DNA from: Bacillota bacterium
GTDB lineage: Bacteria > Bacillota_I > Bacilli_A > RFN20 > CAG-826
Assembly (NCBI GenBank): GCA_023393065.1
Contig: JAEWMX010000013.1
Location: forward strand, 438-64,437
Length of the DNA stretch: 64,000 nucleotides
Reading direction: 5' to 3'
Shown here piece after piece: positions 63,798 through 64,000 of this stretch. The position numbers and the translations under genes are program-made. Under the pieces are notes generated by a model. The model was not told where the DNA came from, did not search any database, and saw only the letters and a list, made by a program, of their open reading frames with translations. Every line of letters begins with the position of its first letter. The stretch's first letter is position 1.

Positions 63798-64000
63798 CTC
63801 CGAGGGTAATCATCATCGTGATGAGACCGGCGCCAAGTAATGGTAAAACCATTAATGAATCGAATCCTTTCTTTACCTTCTCAACTTCGTCGACATAATG
63901 CTGATCGGCAATTTTTGAAAAGATACTTTGAAATTGGAGAATGCGAAGATTGTCATTTCCTTGCTCCACCATTTGAAAAACGCAAATCATCGCTTGTTCA
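63760..64000 (-). CDS. C-terminal part of a type II secretion F / TadC-like membrane protein (truncated by the window edge)
   Basis: The C-terminal TM (LMVLPLLGAGLITMMITLGVVSVIG) is typical of the GspF/TadC C-terminus. The ORF is open to the window end. Confidence 0.3.
   Translation of the reverse strand, partial: EQAMICVFQMVEQGNDNLRILQFQSIFSKIADQHYVDEVEKVKKGFDSLMVLPLLGAGLITMMITLGVVSVIGDIISGI

Noticed and set aside
1-64000. Mollicute genetic code (UGA = Trp), considered as an explanation for the missing endolysin.
   Set aside because: TGA clearly terminates well-defined genes (for example at 3208, 34912, 35676 and 51305, including ATGA overlaps), and long ORFs are intact under the standard code. 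The tRNA-Trp anticodon is CCA.

Overview
The window splits into two parts. Positions 1 to about 42.9 kb are an integrated siphovirus-like prophage, with every gene on the minus strand. Positions 43.1 to 64 kb are ordinary host chromosome of a low-GC, standard-code (TGA = stop) Firmicute or Mollicute-like organism.

Prophage gene order, read along the minus strand from high to low coordinates:
- a visibly more AT-rich accessory arm, made of a complete Type I (IC-like) R-M operon hsdM-hsdS-hsdR followed by a tightly coupled trio (TcmP-like protein, three-Cys radical-SAM/SPL-like protein, large HExxH ImmA/IrrE-like peptidase with a C-terminal HTH)
- an early/replication module: Cas4-like nuclease, DUF2815-like protein, family A DNA polymerase, primase-helicase, VRR-NUC, SNF2
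- a sigma-like activator, a ParB-fused DNA methyltransferase and a phage-encoded SAM synthetase
- HNH endonuclease, P27-type small terminase, an inserted LRR protein, and large terminase
- an HK97-type head module, then tail genes with a tape measure
- a lysis region with a holin but no recognisable endolysin, plus a nucleotidyltransferase moron
- an HTH/zinc-ribbon protein and two tandem large serine recombinases

The host part carries tRNA-Trp, YqeY, Ktr/Trk potassium uptake, a heterodimeric ABC exporter, an unknown protein coupled to a PEP-utilising (rifampicin-phosphotransferase-like) enzyme, LemA plus a large membrane protein, an acyltransferase plus GPH transporter, an ABC-2 exporter, a glycosyltransferase, tRNA-Asn/Glu, ACP, and the edge of a Tad/Flp-like pilus locus.

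The most promising uncharacterised system is the TcmP / three-Cys / peptidase-HTH trio next to the Type I R-M. Other points worth follow-up are a TAEL-encoding 12-bp x3 repeat in hsdS, a TGGCACG repeat array upstream of hsdM, a bipartite motif shared by two phage operon starts, and terminators placed directly in front of three phage operons.

All functional calls come from reading motifs by eye. No database search was run.
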